Shown in pieces: positions 34,840-44,403 of a stretch of DNA of 64,000 bases. How positions within the stretch are numbered: the stretch's first letter is position 1; each line of letters begins with the position of its first letter. Source of the stretch: an uncultured delta proteobacterium (GTDB taxonomy: Bacteria > Desulfobacterota > Binatia > DP-6); the NCBI GenBank assembly GCA_963815115.1, contig CAWFFN010000007.1:416001-480000 (forward strand), in the 5' to 3' direction. A program made the translations under genes and the position numbers. Under the pieces are notes generated by a model. The model searched no databases. It was not told where the DNA came from and was given only the letters and a program-made list of their open reading frames with translations.

Positions 34840-35496
34840 ATGCGGGCTGCGGCAGGGGTGGCGGTGGCGCTGGGGGTGCTCGCCGCGCCCGTCCTTGCAG
34901 CCGCTGCCGACATCTACCTGCTGCGCGACCGTCAGGGAGTTCTGCACCTGACCAACACCCCGGTCGACCCGGGGTCGAAGCTCGTGATCCGCCAGCCCCC
35001 CCGGGTCCCGTTCCCCAGGGTGATCACCCTCGAGCCCATGGGGCCGCGGCTCCCGCAGCTGGTCGTCCCGCAGGGCGCTCCCTCCGCCTACGACGGACTG
35101 ATCCGCGTCATTGCCGACCGCTACGATGTCGAGTATGCGCTGGTGAAGGCGGTCATCAAGGCGGAGTCGGGGTTCAACAACCTGGCGGTGTCACGCAAGG
35201 GCGCGCAGGGACTCATGCAGCTCATGCCGGAGACGGCGGCGGAGCATCAGGTGCAGGACTCGTTCCTGCCGCAGGACAACATCGACGGCGGCGTGCGCTA
35301 TCTGCGCCGCCTCCTCGAGCGCTACGGGGGCAACCTCGTGCTCGCTCTCGCGGCGTACAACGCCGGTCCCGCGCGCGTGGACGAGGCCGGCGGCGTCCCG
35401 GACATTGCCGAGACCCGTGAGTATCTCACGAGGGTTCTGCGCTACCGCCTCGGCTATCTCCGGGAGAGCGCAGGTGTCCGCGAGGCCCGTCGCTGA
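34840..35496 (+). CDS. Lytic transglycosylase (SLT) with N-terminal DUF4124-like segment
   Basis: Signal peptide, AVIKAES, GAQGLMQLMP, AAYNAG, ETREY. Confidence 0.92.
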   Translation: MRAAAGVAVALGVLAAPVLAAAADIYLLRDRQGVLHLTNTPVDPGSKLVIRQPPRVPFPRVITLEPMGPRLPQLVVPQGAPSAYDGLIRVIADRYDVEYALVKAVIKAESGFNNLAVSRKGAQGLMQLMPETAAEHQVQDSFLPQDNIDGGVRYLRRLLERYGGNLVLALAAYNAGPARVDEAGGVPDIAETREYLTRVLRYRLGYLRESAGVREARR

Positions 35497-36088
35497 TACG
35501 GCAGCGCGCGGCGGTCGAGCCATCGCGCTTCCGAACCTGCTGAGCCTGCTCCGCATCGGCCTCGTGCCGGTGCTCGTCATCGTGCTCTTCTGGTCGGGTC
35601 CGCCCGCACGCGCCCTGGCCGGATTCCTCTTCCTGATCGCCTGCATCACCGACTTCTTCGACGGCTGGGTGGCGCGCCGCCAGGGTGTCACGACGGCGCT
35701 GGGTCAGTTCCTCGACCCGCTGGCGGACAAGCTCATCGTCGTCTCGGTGCTCATCATGCTGGCCGCGCTGCCCCCCGAGCCGCGGGTGCCCGCGTGGATG
35801 GCCGTGGTGATCGCGGTGCGGGAGCTGGCGGTGACCGGGCTGCGCGGCATCGCGTCGCAGCACGGCATGGTCCTCGCCGCCGACGAGCTCGGCAAGTACA
35901 AGATGATCTTCCAGATGTTCGCGCTCCAGGCGCTCCTCGTGCACTACGAGTATCCCATCCCCGGCACCGGGCTCCGGGTCGACTTCTACGCCGCCGGCAT
36001 GCGCTTCCTGTGGGTCGCGCTCGCCCTGGCGGTGTGGTCGGGCGTGGACTACTCGGTGCGCGTGCTGCGACGTCTGGCGCTCGACTGA
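35474..36088 (+). CDS. pgsA: CDP-diacylglycerol--glycerol-3-phosphate 3-phosphatidyltransferase
   Basis: PNLLSLLRI, TDFFDGWVAR..GQFLDPLADK, RELAVTGLR. Confidence 0.95.
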   Translation: MSARPVADTAARGGRAIALPNLLSLLRIGLVPVLVIVLFWSGPPARALAGFLFLIACITDFFDGWVARRQGVTTALGQFLDPLADKLIVVSVLIMLAALPPEPRVPAWMAVVIAVRELAVTGLRGIASQHGMVLAADELGKYKMIFQMFALQALLVHYEYPIPGTGLRVDFYAAGMRFLWVALALAVWSGVDYSVRVLRRLALD

Positions 36089-36783
36089 CGCGCAGCCGTC
36101 GGTCGCTGGCGGAGACGTCCGCGGGTCCCGCGGGTGGGAGCCGGGGTTCCCGGCGGCGGGCTCCGCGACGCGGGATCGTCGTCCCGGCGAAAGATGCCCC
36201 GCAGGAAGAGCGCCGCCGTGGCTCGTTCCATGCGCTCGAGGCCGCGCTCGCCGCGCAACGGTTCCCCCAGGTATCGCACCAGGCCGGCCTCGAGCAGATA
36301 GGCGCCGACGTCGATCAGGACGACGTGGAGCACGGTCCAGTCGAGATCGAGATCCGGGCGGAGCAGCCCCGCGTCGCGGAACCGGTCGATCTGCGCACGG
36401 GCCACGCCGAGGAGGCTCTCGAACAGCGCAACCCCGGTCGCATCGCCCTCGAGGAGGGACCGCCCGATATAGGCAAACGCGGCGGGGTTCTCCCGGATGA
36501 ACGCGGAGATCCTGTGCGCGATCCGCGTGGTCGTCTCCGCGGGCGACCCGTCGGGGAACAGGTCGCCGAGCGCCTCGACGGCCCGGCGTGTGACGAACTC
36601 CTCGACTGCATGGCGCAGGCGGGCCTTGGAGCCGAAGTGATGCTGCACGAGGCCGGGCGAGACCCGTGCCGCCCGTGCGACGTCGCGGATCGAGGTGGCC
36701 GAGACGCCGCGCGCCGCGAACTCGTGGAGGGCCGCATCCCGGATGCGGGCGGCGGCGGTCAGGTCGGTGTCGACGGGGGCCAT
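36049..36783 (-). CDS. TetR/AcrR family regulator
   Basis: IRDAALHEFA..TSIRDVARAARVSPGLVQHHFGSK HTH; low-complexity tail overlaps pgsA end. Confidence 0.9.
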   Translation of the reverse strand: MAPVDTDLTAAARIRDAALHEFAARGVSATSIRDVARAARVSPGLVQHHFGSKARLRHAVEEFVTRRAVEALGDLFPDGSPAETTTRIAHRISAFIRENPAAFAYIGRSLLEGDATGVALFESLLGVARAQIDRFRDAGLLRPDLDLDWTVLHVVLIDVGAYLLEAGLVRYLGEPLRGERGLERMERATAALFLRGIFRRDDDPASRSPPPGTPAPTRGTRGRLRQRPTAARQSSARRRSTRTE

Positions 36784-36885
36784 ACGACTGTATTGTATCC
36801 GATGCGAGCGTATTGTAGAGAGACCCCGGCTGCGGCTTCTCCTACGGCAACGATCCGCGACAGCCAAGAACCGGAGGTGACCCGG

Positions 36886-37218
36886 ATGTCCGCGACGACG
36901 AGGCGGCGGCTCGATGCGGGCACCGGCGCGGCATTCGTCGTGCTCATCACGGTCGCGCTCGCGCTACCCGGCCAGCCGCCGAGGGCCGAGGACTCGATCG
37001 CGACGCTCACCACCGTCCTGATCGAGCACCGGCGGGCGTTCCTGCTCAGCGCCGTGGCGCTCTTGGTCGAGCGCGGCCCTTTCCAGTTTGGCGGCGTGTT
37101 CGACGTCGCGGGTGCGATCCCCGCCCTCCTGTGGATCGCGGCCCTGAGCGTGGTGATGGTGCGGGGCGTGTCCGCCGGGACCGCTCAGCCCCAGCGCGCC
37201 GCCGCGAGGGCGTCATGA
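36886..37218 (+). CDS. Small membrane protein, possibly internally deleted
   Basis: Hydrophobic segments; divergent from tetR; overlaps MAPEG start. Confidence 0.55.
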   Translation: MSATTRRRLDAGTGAAFVVLITVALALPGQPPRAEDSIATLTTVLIEHRRAFLLSAVALLVERGPFQFGGVFDVAGAIPALLWIAALSVVMVRGVSAGTAQPQRAAARAS

Positions 37219-37601
37219 CCACGGACCTGAGGATGCTGGCCGCCAGCGCCGTGCTCACGATGGTCCTCGTATCCGGCAAGGGCGTTGCCATGTGGATGAC
37301 CTGGCCGGTGCGGGATGTGCTGGGCAACAGGGACGATCCACCGCCGCTCCCGGCATGGGCCTGGAGGGCGGATCGTGCCCATCGCAACATGCTGGAGAAC
37401 TTCCCGCACTTCGCCGCCCTCGTGGTGGTGGTCAGCATCGCGGGGCTGAGCAACGCCCAGACCGCTCTCGGGGCGATGATCTTCTTCTGGGCTCGGGTGG
37501 CGCACGCGGTGCTCTACATCTCCGGAGCGTGGCGGCTGCGCTGGATCGCCTTCTTCACGGGGGTGGCGGGGGAGCTGCTGATTCTCCAGCGGCTCCTCTG
37601 A
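37215..37601 (+). CDS. MAPEG family protein
   Basis: RADRAHRNMLENF..F, FFWARVAH. Confidence 0.9.
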   Translation: MTTDLRMLAASAVLTMVLVSGKGVAMWMTWPVRDVLGNRDDPPPLPAWAWRADRAHRNMLENFPHFAALVVVVSIAGLSNAQTALGAMIFFWARVAHAVLYISGAWRLRWIAFFTGVAGELLILQRLL

Positions 37602-37779
37602 CGCGTCGGGTCGCCGGCCCCGGGCCCCGCGGGCATCGTCCGACCTGTCTGCCCCCCAGCCGAGGGCGAACCGCACATTGTTCGCTCCGATTGAACGCCC
37701 CTTCGCTGAACGCCGACGAAGGGATGCCGGCCATGGGGGCCGGCACCCCGTCCCGGCCACGACGGAAGGGAGCGAACAC

Positions 37780-38340
37780 ATGAAAAGCGGACTCATCGTT
37801 GGCAACGGACCCCGACAGGTTCGGGACGCGACCATCCCCCGGGTGCGTGGCGAGCGACGCCGCATCGCAGCCGGCCTGGCGCTGCTCGGCGGCCTCGCGC
37901 TCCTCGCGCTGCCGGCGCAGGCGGACGTCGGGTCGTCACCCGGGAAGACGACGGCGGCCCGATCGGCAAGCGGCCTCGACCTCAGCGGCTGGCCCAGCGT
38001 CAACGCTCAGCTCTACAAGGGCAAGCGAGGGACGATGCTCGTGGTGCACGGCGTGGTGGCCGCACACGCTCAGGGCGCCATCCTGGTCGCCGGCGTGAAG
38101 GCGAACGGCATCGCCATGGAGCCGACCGACTTCGCCGGTGATTCGAGCATCTACTCGACCGACTGCCAGGGGGTCTGCAGCGTCTCGGGAACCTGGTGGC
38201 TCGATCTGGACCTGGCGGAGCAGGCGCATCCCGGCATGTTCGTCAACGTGCCGATCAACGTCACGCTGCTCGGTCAAACCATGGTCACGGGCACACAGTT
38301 CTACAAGATGTCGGTGATGGCGACGCTGACGAAGAAGTAG
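37780..38340 (+). CDS. Hypothetical secreted protein
   Basis: Signal-like IAAGLALLGGLALLALPAQA; beta-rich mature region. Confidence 0.7.
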   Translation: MKSGLIVGNGPRQVRDATIPRVRGERRRIAAGLALLGGLALLALPAQADVGSSPGKTTAARSASGLDLSGWPSVNAQLYKGKRGTMLVVHGVVAAHAQGAILVAGVKANGIAMEPTDFAGDSSIYSTDCQGVCSVSGTWWLDLDLAEQAHPGMFVNVPINVTLLGQTMVTGTQFYKMSVMATLTKK

Positions 38341-38408
38341 CGCTTGGCGTGGAGAACAAGCCGGCGAGCGGATCGGGACGGCCGTCACACCCGCCGGTCG
38401 CGTCTCGA

Positions 38409-39305
38409 TCAGGGGCAGAACTTGTCATAGTACAGCAGGACCGGCGTACCGATCACGATGATCTCGCTGCAAGACGCCGCATGCAGACTGCAGATCATGC
38501 TCACATCCGCGAAGATGATGCACCCGCAGCTGGGATTCGCATCGCACGAGGCCTGGCACGCCCCGCGCGTCGTATCGAACATGACGCCAATCTGATGATT
38601 CTCCTCCGGGGAGCTGAAGTCGGCCCTGACGCCGCAGATCATCATCGTGGTGCTCGTGGTCGTCGACGTGGTGGTGGTCGTCGTCGAGCTGGTGGTCGTG
38701 GTGGAGGACGTCGTCGTCGTGGTGGAGGTCGTCCCGCCGCCGAGAACGTCGATCGCCGCGTCGGCCGTGGCCTCGACTGCAGCGCAGCTCGACGTCTGGG
38801 CCTGGCAGTCGCCCTTGCTCTTCGCCTTGCCGCACGCGGCGGTGAAGTTGCCTTCGCACTTCGTGAGCTTGGCGGGGTTGACGGCGCCGCCGGCCTCCTG
38901 CGCCGCGGCGTGGACCCTGAGCTTGCAGCCGACCTTCTTGCCGACGGCCCTCGTGACGGCGCCGTCGCATTTCGACGCCGTCTGCGTCGGCGTCCCCCTC
39001 AGCGCGTCGACCGCGGCATCCGCCGTGGTCTCGAGCTCGGGACAGCTCGATGCCTGCGCCTGGCAGCCGCCCTTGGCCTGCGCCTTTCCGCACTTGCCAG
39101 CGAAGGTCGCTTCGCAGCCGCTGAGCCTGCTCGTGTTCACGGCGCTGCCGGCTTCCTGCGCCGCTGCGAACGTCTTCAGCTTGCAGCGAACCTTCCGGGC
39201 CAGCGCCGTCGTGACGCGGGCGTCGCATTTCGACTGTGCCCAGGCGGCGCCTCCCAGCGCCAGCGAGAGCGCCACGAGCCCGCCGACCACAACCGTGTTT
39301 CGCAT
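38409..39305 (-). CDS. Secreted Cys-rich protein: two ~80-aa six-Cys repeats, poly-Thr linker, PAN/apple-like C-terminus
   Basis: Signal peptide; repeats KCD..KV.CKL..AAAQEAG..; C-terminal CQASCDANPSC..CSL..YYDKFCP. Confidence 0.8.
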   Translation of the reverse strand: MRNTVVVGGLVALSLALGGAAWAQSKCDARVTTALARKVRCKLKTFAAAQEAGSAVNTSRLSGCEATFAGKCGKAQAKGGCQAQASSCPELETTADAAVDALRGTPTQTASKCDGAVTRAVGKKVGCKLRVHAAAQEAGGAVNPAKLTKCEGNFTAACGKAKSKGDCQAQTSSCAAVEATADAAIDVLGGGTTSTTTTTSSTTTTSSTTTTTTSTTTSTTMMICGVRADFSSPEENHQIGVMFDTTRGACQASCDANPSCGCIIFADVSMICSLHAASCSEIIVIGTPVLLYYDKFCP

Positions 39306-39554
39306 GGGCCGCCCCCCGTCAGATCGAATGCGATGGAGGGCGATAGCACGGCACGGCAAACGGAGGAAGCACCCTCGGAGGTTTCTGACAAATCGCGGGG
39401 TAGGCTCCCACCCCTACCTGCCGAACCTGTGGCAGAGCCGAGGCCGGGCTGCCGGAGCATCGGCCTTGCAGGGCACCGACCACCGAAAAGCGTAGGCTGG
39501 CGCGGCTTCTTCGACCGCCGTGCAGCGGGTGGGCAGGTCACTCCCTTCGTGCCC

Positions 39555-40031
39555 CTATCGTCCCTTCGGCTCCGCGGACGGCTGGTTCTTCCGCGCGAGG
39601 TGCAGGAGCGTCAGCTGGTGCTTGGCAATGCGTCCGCCCGGGCGCAGGGCGATCAACCGGCGCATTTCCGAGAACAGCCACGCCGTGGCGGCGAACACGA
39701 TGTCGAATTGGCGGCCGTGGCTCTCCCAGGCCTCGAAATTCGCCGTGACCACGGAAACGCGTGGGAAGGCCGAGAGCTTCTCGGCTGCGATGCGTGCGAG
39801 GTTCGGGCCGAGCTCGACACCGATGATCTCCGCGCCGCGCTGCGCGAGCGGCCCGGTCGCGTGGCCCGTGCCGCAGCCGATCTCGAGGATGCGCGCGGAC
39901 GCGGGCGCGATCCCTGCGAGCCGGAAGAGATCGTCGAACATCTCCTCGCGGTAATAGGGCCGCGCGCGATCGTAGAGCTCGGCGATCTGGTCGAAAGTCC
40001 GCGCGCGCGCGAGCCGGCGTTCGTCGTCCAC
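39555..40031 (-). pseudogene. Truncated class I SAM-dependent methyltransferase
   Basis: TFDQIAELYDRARPYY, ILEIGCGTG, FDIVFAATAW, then an abrupt jump to a short C-terminus. Confidence 0.75.
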
Positions 40032-40068
40032 GAGGGGACAACATACCTGCGGCGGCGGCCGGGTACAC

Positions 40069-40118
40069 GCGCCGGGCAGATGGCTGGTGAGCACGAAGAG
40101 CGACCACGCCCTTCATGC
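40069..40118. repeat. Dispersed ~50-bp repeat with hairpin, copy 1 (copy 2 at 54552-54601)
   Basis: GCGCCGGGCAGATGGCTGGT identical in both copies, followed by a 12-bp-arm imperfect palindrome. Confidence 0.85.
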
Positions 40119-40123
40119 TTCCG

Positions 40124-41245
40124 TTACGCCGGGTAGCGCAGGATCGCTGCCAGTGGCTTTCCGCCGGGGATGTCGGCCGCTCGCACGCCGAGCACCCGTC
40201 CACCGGACAGGATGACGCGGCGGGCAATCTCGTCGACGATGCCGTAGCCGCCCGGTCCCGGCGCGCTGGCGAGCGTGACGGCCCCGTCCGCGTCGGCGAC
40301 CGTGCCGGGGACGACGGCGTCGATGTCCACCAGCATCGTCTCCACCGCGCCGACCGTGGCGGCGCGGGCGGCGCCGTCCAGATCGGTCGTCGCCCGGCCC
40401 TGATTCTCGCGCGCCGCGAAGGTCGCCGCCCACGCCGCGATCTGTGTCCGGTACAGCTCGTCGAGGACGGTCCGCGCCCGTGCCGCCAGGTCGGCGTCCG
40501 TGAGCCTGTCCGGGCTGCCGCCGAGCGTGATCTCGGCAAGATGGGGATAGGTGTTCACCGACCGGTAGATCGACGCGAGCGGCTCCGTGGCGGCCAGCAC
40601 CAGGGGCACCTCGAGCCCCGCCAGCGTCTCACGCAGCGCCGTATCGACCTTGCGGGCGTACTGGCGCAGCCGCACCTTCTGGCCCTCCGATCCCTGGATA
40701 CGCCCGCTGGGCGACCGGTCGTTGAGCGTCGCCTTGCCGAGCGCACCGGCGGCATCCTTCGGCATTCCCTGGACGTTCACCGCGGTGGCGGGCAGATCGG
40801 CCGAGACCTCCACGAGGCGAACGGCGCCCTCCGCCAGCGCGAGCACGTAGCCGTTGTTCGGGAAGGTCGCCGCGCGCAGCAGCGGCTTCAGGTGGAAGCG
40901 GTCGGACACCACGACGGTGGGAGATAGGGTACTGGGCACCCGAAAGGTATGGAGGTGGCCCGGTGTCGCGAGCACGGCGAGGCTGTGCGCCTGGAATCGC
41001 CAGAACTCGTCATCGTCGACGAGGTCGTCGATCTGCTCCGACACGGCCGCCACCCGACGTTTGTCGGCTCCCGCCTCGGTGAGCTGGCGGATCGCCTCCT
41101 TGCCGAGATTCCTGAACTCGATCCGGTTCGCGTCCGTGTCCTGCGTCACTGGAGTGGTCGGAAGGTAGATGGACACGCACAGGTCGTCCCGATGAGACGC
41201 GAGGGCCTTCAGCTCGGCTGCGGTCGGGATGTCGACGTACAGCAT
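40124..41245 (-). CDS. Bacterial archaeo-eukaryotic release factor (baeRF)-like protein
   Basis: MLYVDIPT..CVSIYLPTTP, VSDRFHLKPLLR, C-terminal GGRVLGVRAADIP..LAAILRY. Confidence 0.8.
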   Translation of the reverse strand: MLYVDIPTAAELKALASHRDDLCVSIYLPTTPVTQDTDANRIEFRNLGKEAIRQLTEAGADKRRVAAVSEQIDDLVDDDEFWRFQAHSLAVLATPGHLHTFRVPSTLSPTVVVSDRFHLKPLLRAATFPNNGYVLALAEGAVRLVEVSADLPATAVNVQGMPKDAAGALGKATLNDRSPSGRIQGSEGQKVRLRQYARKVDTALRETLAGLEVPLVLAATEPLASIYRSVNTYPHLAEITLGGSPDRLTDADLAARARTVLDELYRTQIAAWAATFAARENQGRATTDLDGAARAATVGAVETMLVDIDAVVPGTVADADGAVTLASAPGPGGYGIVDEIARRVILSGGRVLGVRAADIPGGKPLAAILRYPA

Positions 41246-41341
41246 CGCCCGATCGGAGCACGATCGTCGCGGACGTACAAGGGAGCCGAATCGCTCGCTA
41301 CGGAAGCGCCGCGGGCTGGCAGGGCCAGGACGAAATATCCG

Positions 41342-41503
41342 AACCTCGCCGCCGAGGGCCCGCCGGACACCGTGGCGCGCTCGATCTCGGGCCCCCGGAC
41401 CGCGAGCGTGAATGATCGGTATCAGATCACGCAGGAGGCGGCGAGGAAGGCCGCGCTGGCGGCGATGGCGGCGCGGATCGCGGAGCAGGTCCGGGGTTCC
41501 TGA
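41342..41503 (+). pseudogene. C-terminal remnant of a tyrosine integrase
   Basis: PDTVARSISGPRTASVNDRYQITQEAARKAALAA aligns with PDVVARTITGHRTASMQSRYNITQESAQRAALAA at 52900-53038. Confidence 0.85.
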
Positions 41504-41512
41504 CGAAGAGCC

Positions 41513-41534
41513 GCATGGACACCCTGCATGGACA
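41513..41534 (+). repeat. Paired GCATGGACA direct repeats (putative arm sites of the relic element)
   Basis: GCATGGACA-CCCT-GCATGGACA just after the integrase stop, same position as the GTTGACGCAC pair at 53051. Confidence 0.65.
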
Positions 41535-41566
41535 TCGGTTTGGAACGAACGACCTCGGCCCGGTGG

Positions 41567-41595
41567 TTGACCCCCGAAAGGCGAGCGGCTACAAG
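41567..41595 (+). promoter_or_regulatory. Sigma70-like promoter before the tRNA 5' half
   Basis: TTGACC-N17-TACAAG; homologous to 53104-53131. Confidence 0.7.
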
Positions 41596-41608
41596 CACTT
41601 CCGCTCTT

Positions 41609-41649
41609 GCGGGTGTAGCTCAGTTGGCTAGAGCGTGTGCTTGCCAAGC
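41609..41649 (+). tRNA. 5' half of tRNA-Gly(GCC), ending 3 nt after the anticodon loop (left att site of element A)
   Basis: 41 nt identical to 53146-53186, then divergent. Confidence 0.93.
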
Positions 41650-41747
41650 TGCTGAGGACCCGACCCGTAGCCGTCTAGAACCAGTGATAGCGGGGGCTTG
41701 CGCGTGGGTGCGTAGGCCACAGCAGGCCCCCGCTCGGCTACCGATCT

Positions 41748-41765
41748 GTTGACGCGCGTTGACGC
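41748..41765 (+). repeat. Paired GTTGACGC direct repeats (putative arm sites, left end of A)
   Basis: GTTGACGC-GC-GTTGACGC about 100 bp inside the left core. Confidence 0.7.
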
Positions 41766-41795
41766 AGGCTGAGACGGGCGGCGGCGCGAACCAGA

Positions 41796-42189
41796 TCAGA
41801 AGGGGTCATTCCCACCCATCCACTCCCGCAAGCCAGGGGTCAACGAGTGGTTCGTCTTGCAGGTACGGCAGTGGAAGGTGTGCCTCGCCGCGTCGGGGTT
41901 TCTCGGCACCAGACTCCATCGGTCGTTCGCGGCACAGGAAGGACAGAAGGGGTGCGGCTCCGGGTTGGTCGCCGACGAAACCCCACGGGATGCCATCGAG
42001 GGGTTCGACATCGTGCGGCGTGAGGCCCCGCTTGCGTTGGAGGGCCGCGACCTCTGCTGAGAGCGTCTCCAGCTGCTGCTTCTGCTGGTCGATCTGCTTC
42101 TGAAGCTCGGCGAGTGTCTCATGAACCTTGACCCACGGACGGAACCAATCCCAGCCGCGTTTCACCCAGGCCACTGGCAAGAAGTGCAT
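41796..42189 (-). CDS. Hypothetical coiled-coil plus zinc-ribbon protein (probable frameshift near 41965)
   Basis: ELQKQIDQQKQQLE in one frame; PFCPSC..FHCRTC in the adjacent frame. Confidence 0.55.
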
Positions 42190-42194
42190 TGCCC

Positions 42195-42623
42195 TCAGTG
42201 TCTCGTCACTGCGATCCCGATCTGGACGAGCATCAGGACAACGACCAGTACGTTGAGCAGCCAGACCCGTCGACTCAGCTGATTGCCGGTCTCAACCGTG
42301 CCGTTCAACGCCTTCGCCCCATCCCGAAGAGCGCCGGTCAGCGCGTCGAGCTGGCTGGTGGCGTCCGATGCTCCCTGCTCCATGGCCTTCGTCAGACCGC
42401 CGACTTTGCTGCCCAAGTCCATTAGGTTCGCGGAGACGGCGTGCGTCGCGCGGTTCAACTCTGAAGCCACCATCACCGCGAGTCGTGCATCCAACTCGGT
42501 TCTTCTCTCCTGCCCGAACGCGGTGGCAGGGGGGACCTGGCCGAGTACCTGCCGGATGCTGTCGGGCATTTCGTAGTCGTCAGGCAGCTTCGGCGCCGGC
42601 GGACTCTGGCGGTTGTCCGGCAT
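42195..42623 (-). CDS. Hypothetical protein with C-terminal TM helix
   Basis: Purine-rich RBS; amphipathic helix then VWLLNVLVVVLMLVQIGIAV. Confidence 0.65.
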   Translation of the reverse strand: MPDNRQSPPAPKLPDDYEMPDSIRQVLGQVPPATAFGQERRTELDARLAVMVASELNRATHAVSANLMDLGSKVGGLTKAMEQGASDATSQLDALTGALRDGAKALNGTVETGNQLSRRVWLLNVLVVVLMLVQIGIAVTRH

Positions 42624-43433
42624 GATCGATCCCCCTTTCGGTTCCTCGCTGGTAACGGCTAGGGCATGGCGAAGCTATCCCCCGGTCCATCTTCCACAGG
42701 GGCCCTTCGTTTGAGGGTACCTCTGCCGCGACGACTGTCTGGTCGGGTCGCTCGCCGCCGCGCCGCCTCCACCGTGCCCGGATTGGCCGACTCGGCGGCG
42801 AGCGCCCAACACCAAAACGAAACGCGGCACGCTGGGGTTGACCCGGCCCGTATGAGTCGTCGACCCTTTGCCTGAGCCGTGGCACCCCCCGCGACTCAAA
42901 CCGGCTGACAGTAGCGACCGGCAGAAATGGTCTCACAATCTGGCGCGGACCCCTTCCTAGCCGTCTAGACCCAATCCTGGCGGGGTTCCGCCGCGTGGCG
43001 CGCTGGCCACGGCAGACCCCCGTCGGCTACCGAGTCACGGCGGCAGACGCGCACAACATCCTGCTGTTGAGAACGATAACCATAGGTTGCGACTTCGGCT
43101 GATCGTAGCCATCGAGTGATGGGACTGATGCCGGCGACTGAGCGCGCGCCGCACCTCTGCCCGAGTTCTGCGAATCGACGAGTTCCTGCGCTTCCGAGTG
43201 AGGCTCGATCGCGCGCCCGACGCGGTGGTGCCATGCCAGGGCTCGGTCGGCGCCCAACCGTCGGGAGGCCAGACACAACGTCACGGCGAACGCGACACGG
43301 TGTACGGACCGCCGCGACGCAATGTCGGCCAGCCGCACAAGATGGCGACGAGCCAAGGTCGATGCCGTCGCGTGTTCCCTCCGGACGCGCTGTGGCGTCC
43401 CGACCAGTCGCTGTGGCAAGATGACACGCGCGT

Positions 43434-44403
43434 ATGTGGCCCTGGTCGACCGCCAGGATATTCGTGAGCTATCGGCGTGGCTCCGCTGGAGGATGGACGC
43501 CGCGGCTAGTCGACACGTTGAAGCGGCGCATCGCGTCGAAGAGGATCTTCGTGGACGTCGAAGGCATCGAGGCCGGCGACGATTTCGCGAAAGTCATCGA
43601 GCGCGAAGTTTCGAGGTCGTCGGTCGTGTTGGCGATCATCTCCCCCGGTTGGAGCTCCATCGCCGACGCACAGGGCCGTCGACGCCTAGAGGACCCAAAG
43701 GACCTCGTTCGGATCGAGATCGAGACAGCCCTCGCGCATAGCATTCGGCTCATTCCGGTCCTCGTCGGAGGATGTCCTCCTTTGGTGGCCACCGACCTGC
43801 CCGAGTCAGTGCAGGCCTTGGCGGAACGTCACGCCGTCGAGATCAGCGACAAGCGGTGGAACTATGACTGCAACATTCTCGCCAGCGAGCTGGCGAAGCT
43901 CGTTCCCTTCAGGGTATGGAACATCCGACGTGCTGTGACGGTCGGTGTTTGCGCGCTCGTGCTCTTGGCCCTCGCAAGCATCTACGATGACAAGTCGACC
44001 CAGCCCCCCGTATCGAGGCCGACAAACCAATCGCGCGACGCGTCGCAGCCGAGCTTGCCGCACCCTGCAGTTCCGCCACCATCCATTGGAATTGACGCAC
44101 GAGCTATTGACGCAGCCGCCCGTGCACGGGCCAATGACGCGGTCCGCCGTGCACAATCGGCAGCTGGGAGGGCAGCGGAGGCCGGGTATCTGCCTGAGCG
44201 CATTGGACACGGTGTCCGATTACGCCAAGAGCCTTGGACGCCAGTCCGTTGTCGACGCGGATGAGGCTGCCAGAAGCGCCGTCGCCGCAGCCGAGCAGGG
44301 CGGCCCCGACGCGCCCGGCGTTGCCGAGTCCGCAGCCACGAGAGCCGAACGCGACGCTGCGCGCGTCAACAGTCTGCTCGAGCAAGAGATGGATCGACGC
44401 TAA
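43434..44403 (+). CDS. TIR-domain membrane protein (probable frameshift near 44190)
   Basis: IFVSYRR..IFVDVEGIEAGDDF..VVLAIISPGW..DLVRIEIETAL..LIPVLV; TM AVTVGVCALVLLALA; Ala-rich tail continues in another frame to 44403. Confidence 0.85.

Noticed and set aside
36130-36136. GCGGGTG after pgsA as the native tRNA 5' remnant
   Set aside because: Only 7 bp in GC-rich DNA, with no D-arm continuation.
37699-37746. Two hairpins downstream of MAPEG as an ncRNA
   Set aside because: Short GC stems are expected by chance or as a terminator; no family features.
39340-39550. c-di-GMP riboswitch (GGCAAAC seen)
   Set aside because: Second conserved element absent and wrong strand for the adjacent gene.
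40124-41647. 507-aa version of the baeRF ORF
   Set aside because: The extension reads antisense through the tRNA half and integrase remnant; the credible start is 41245.
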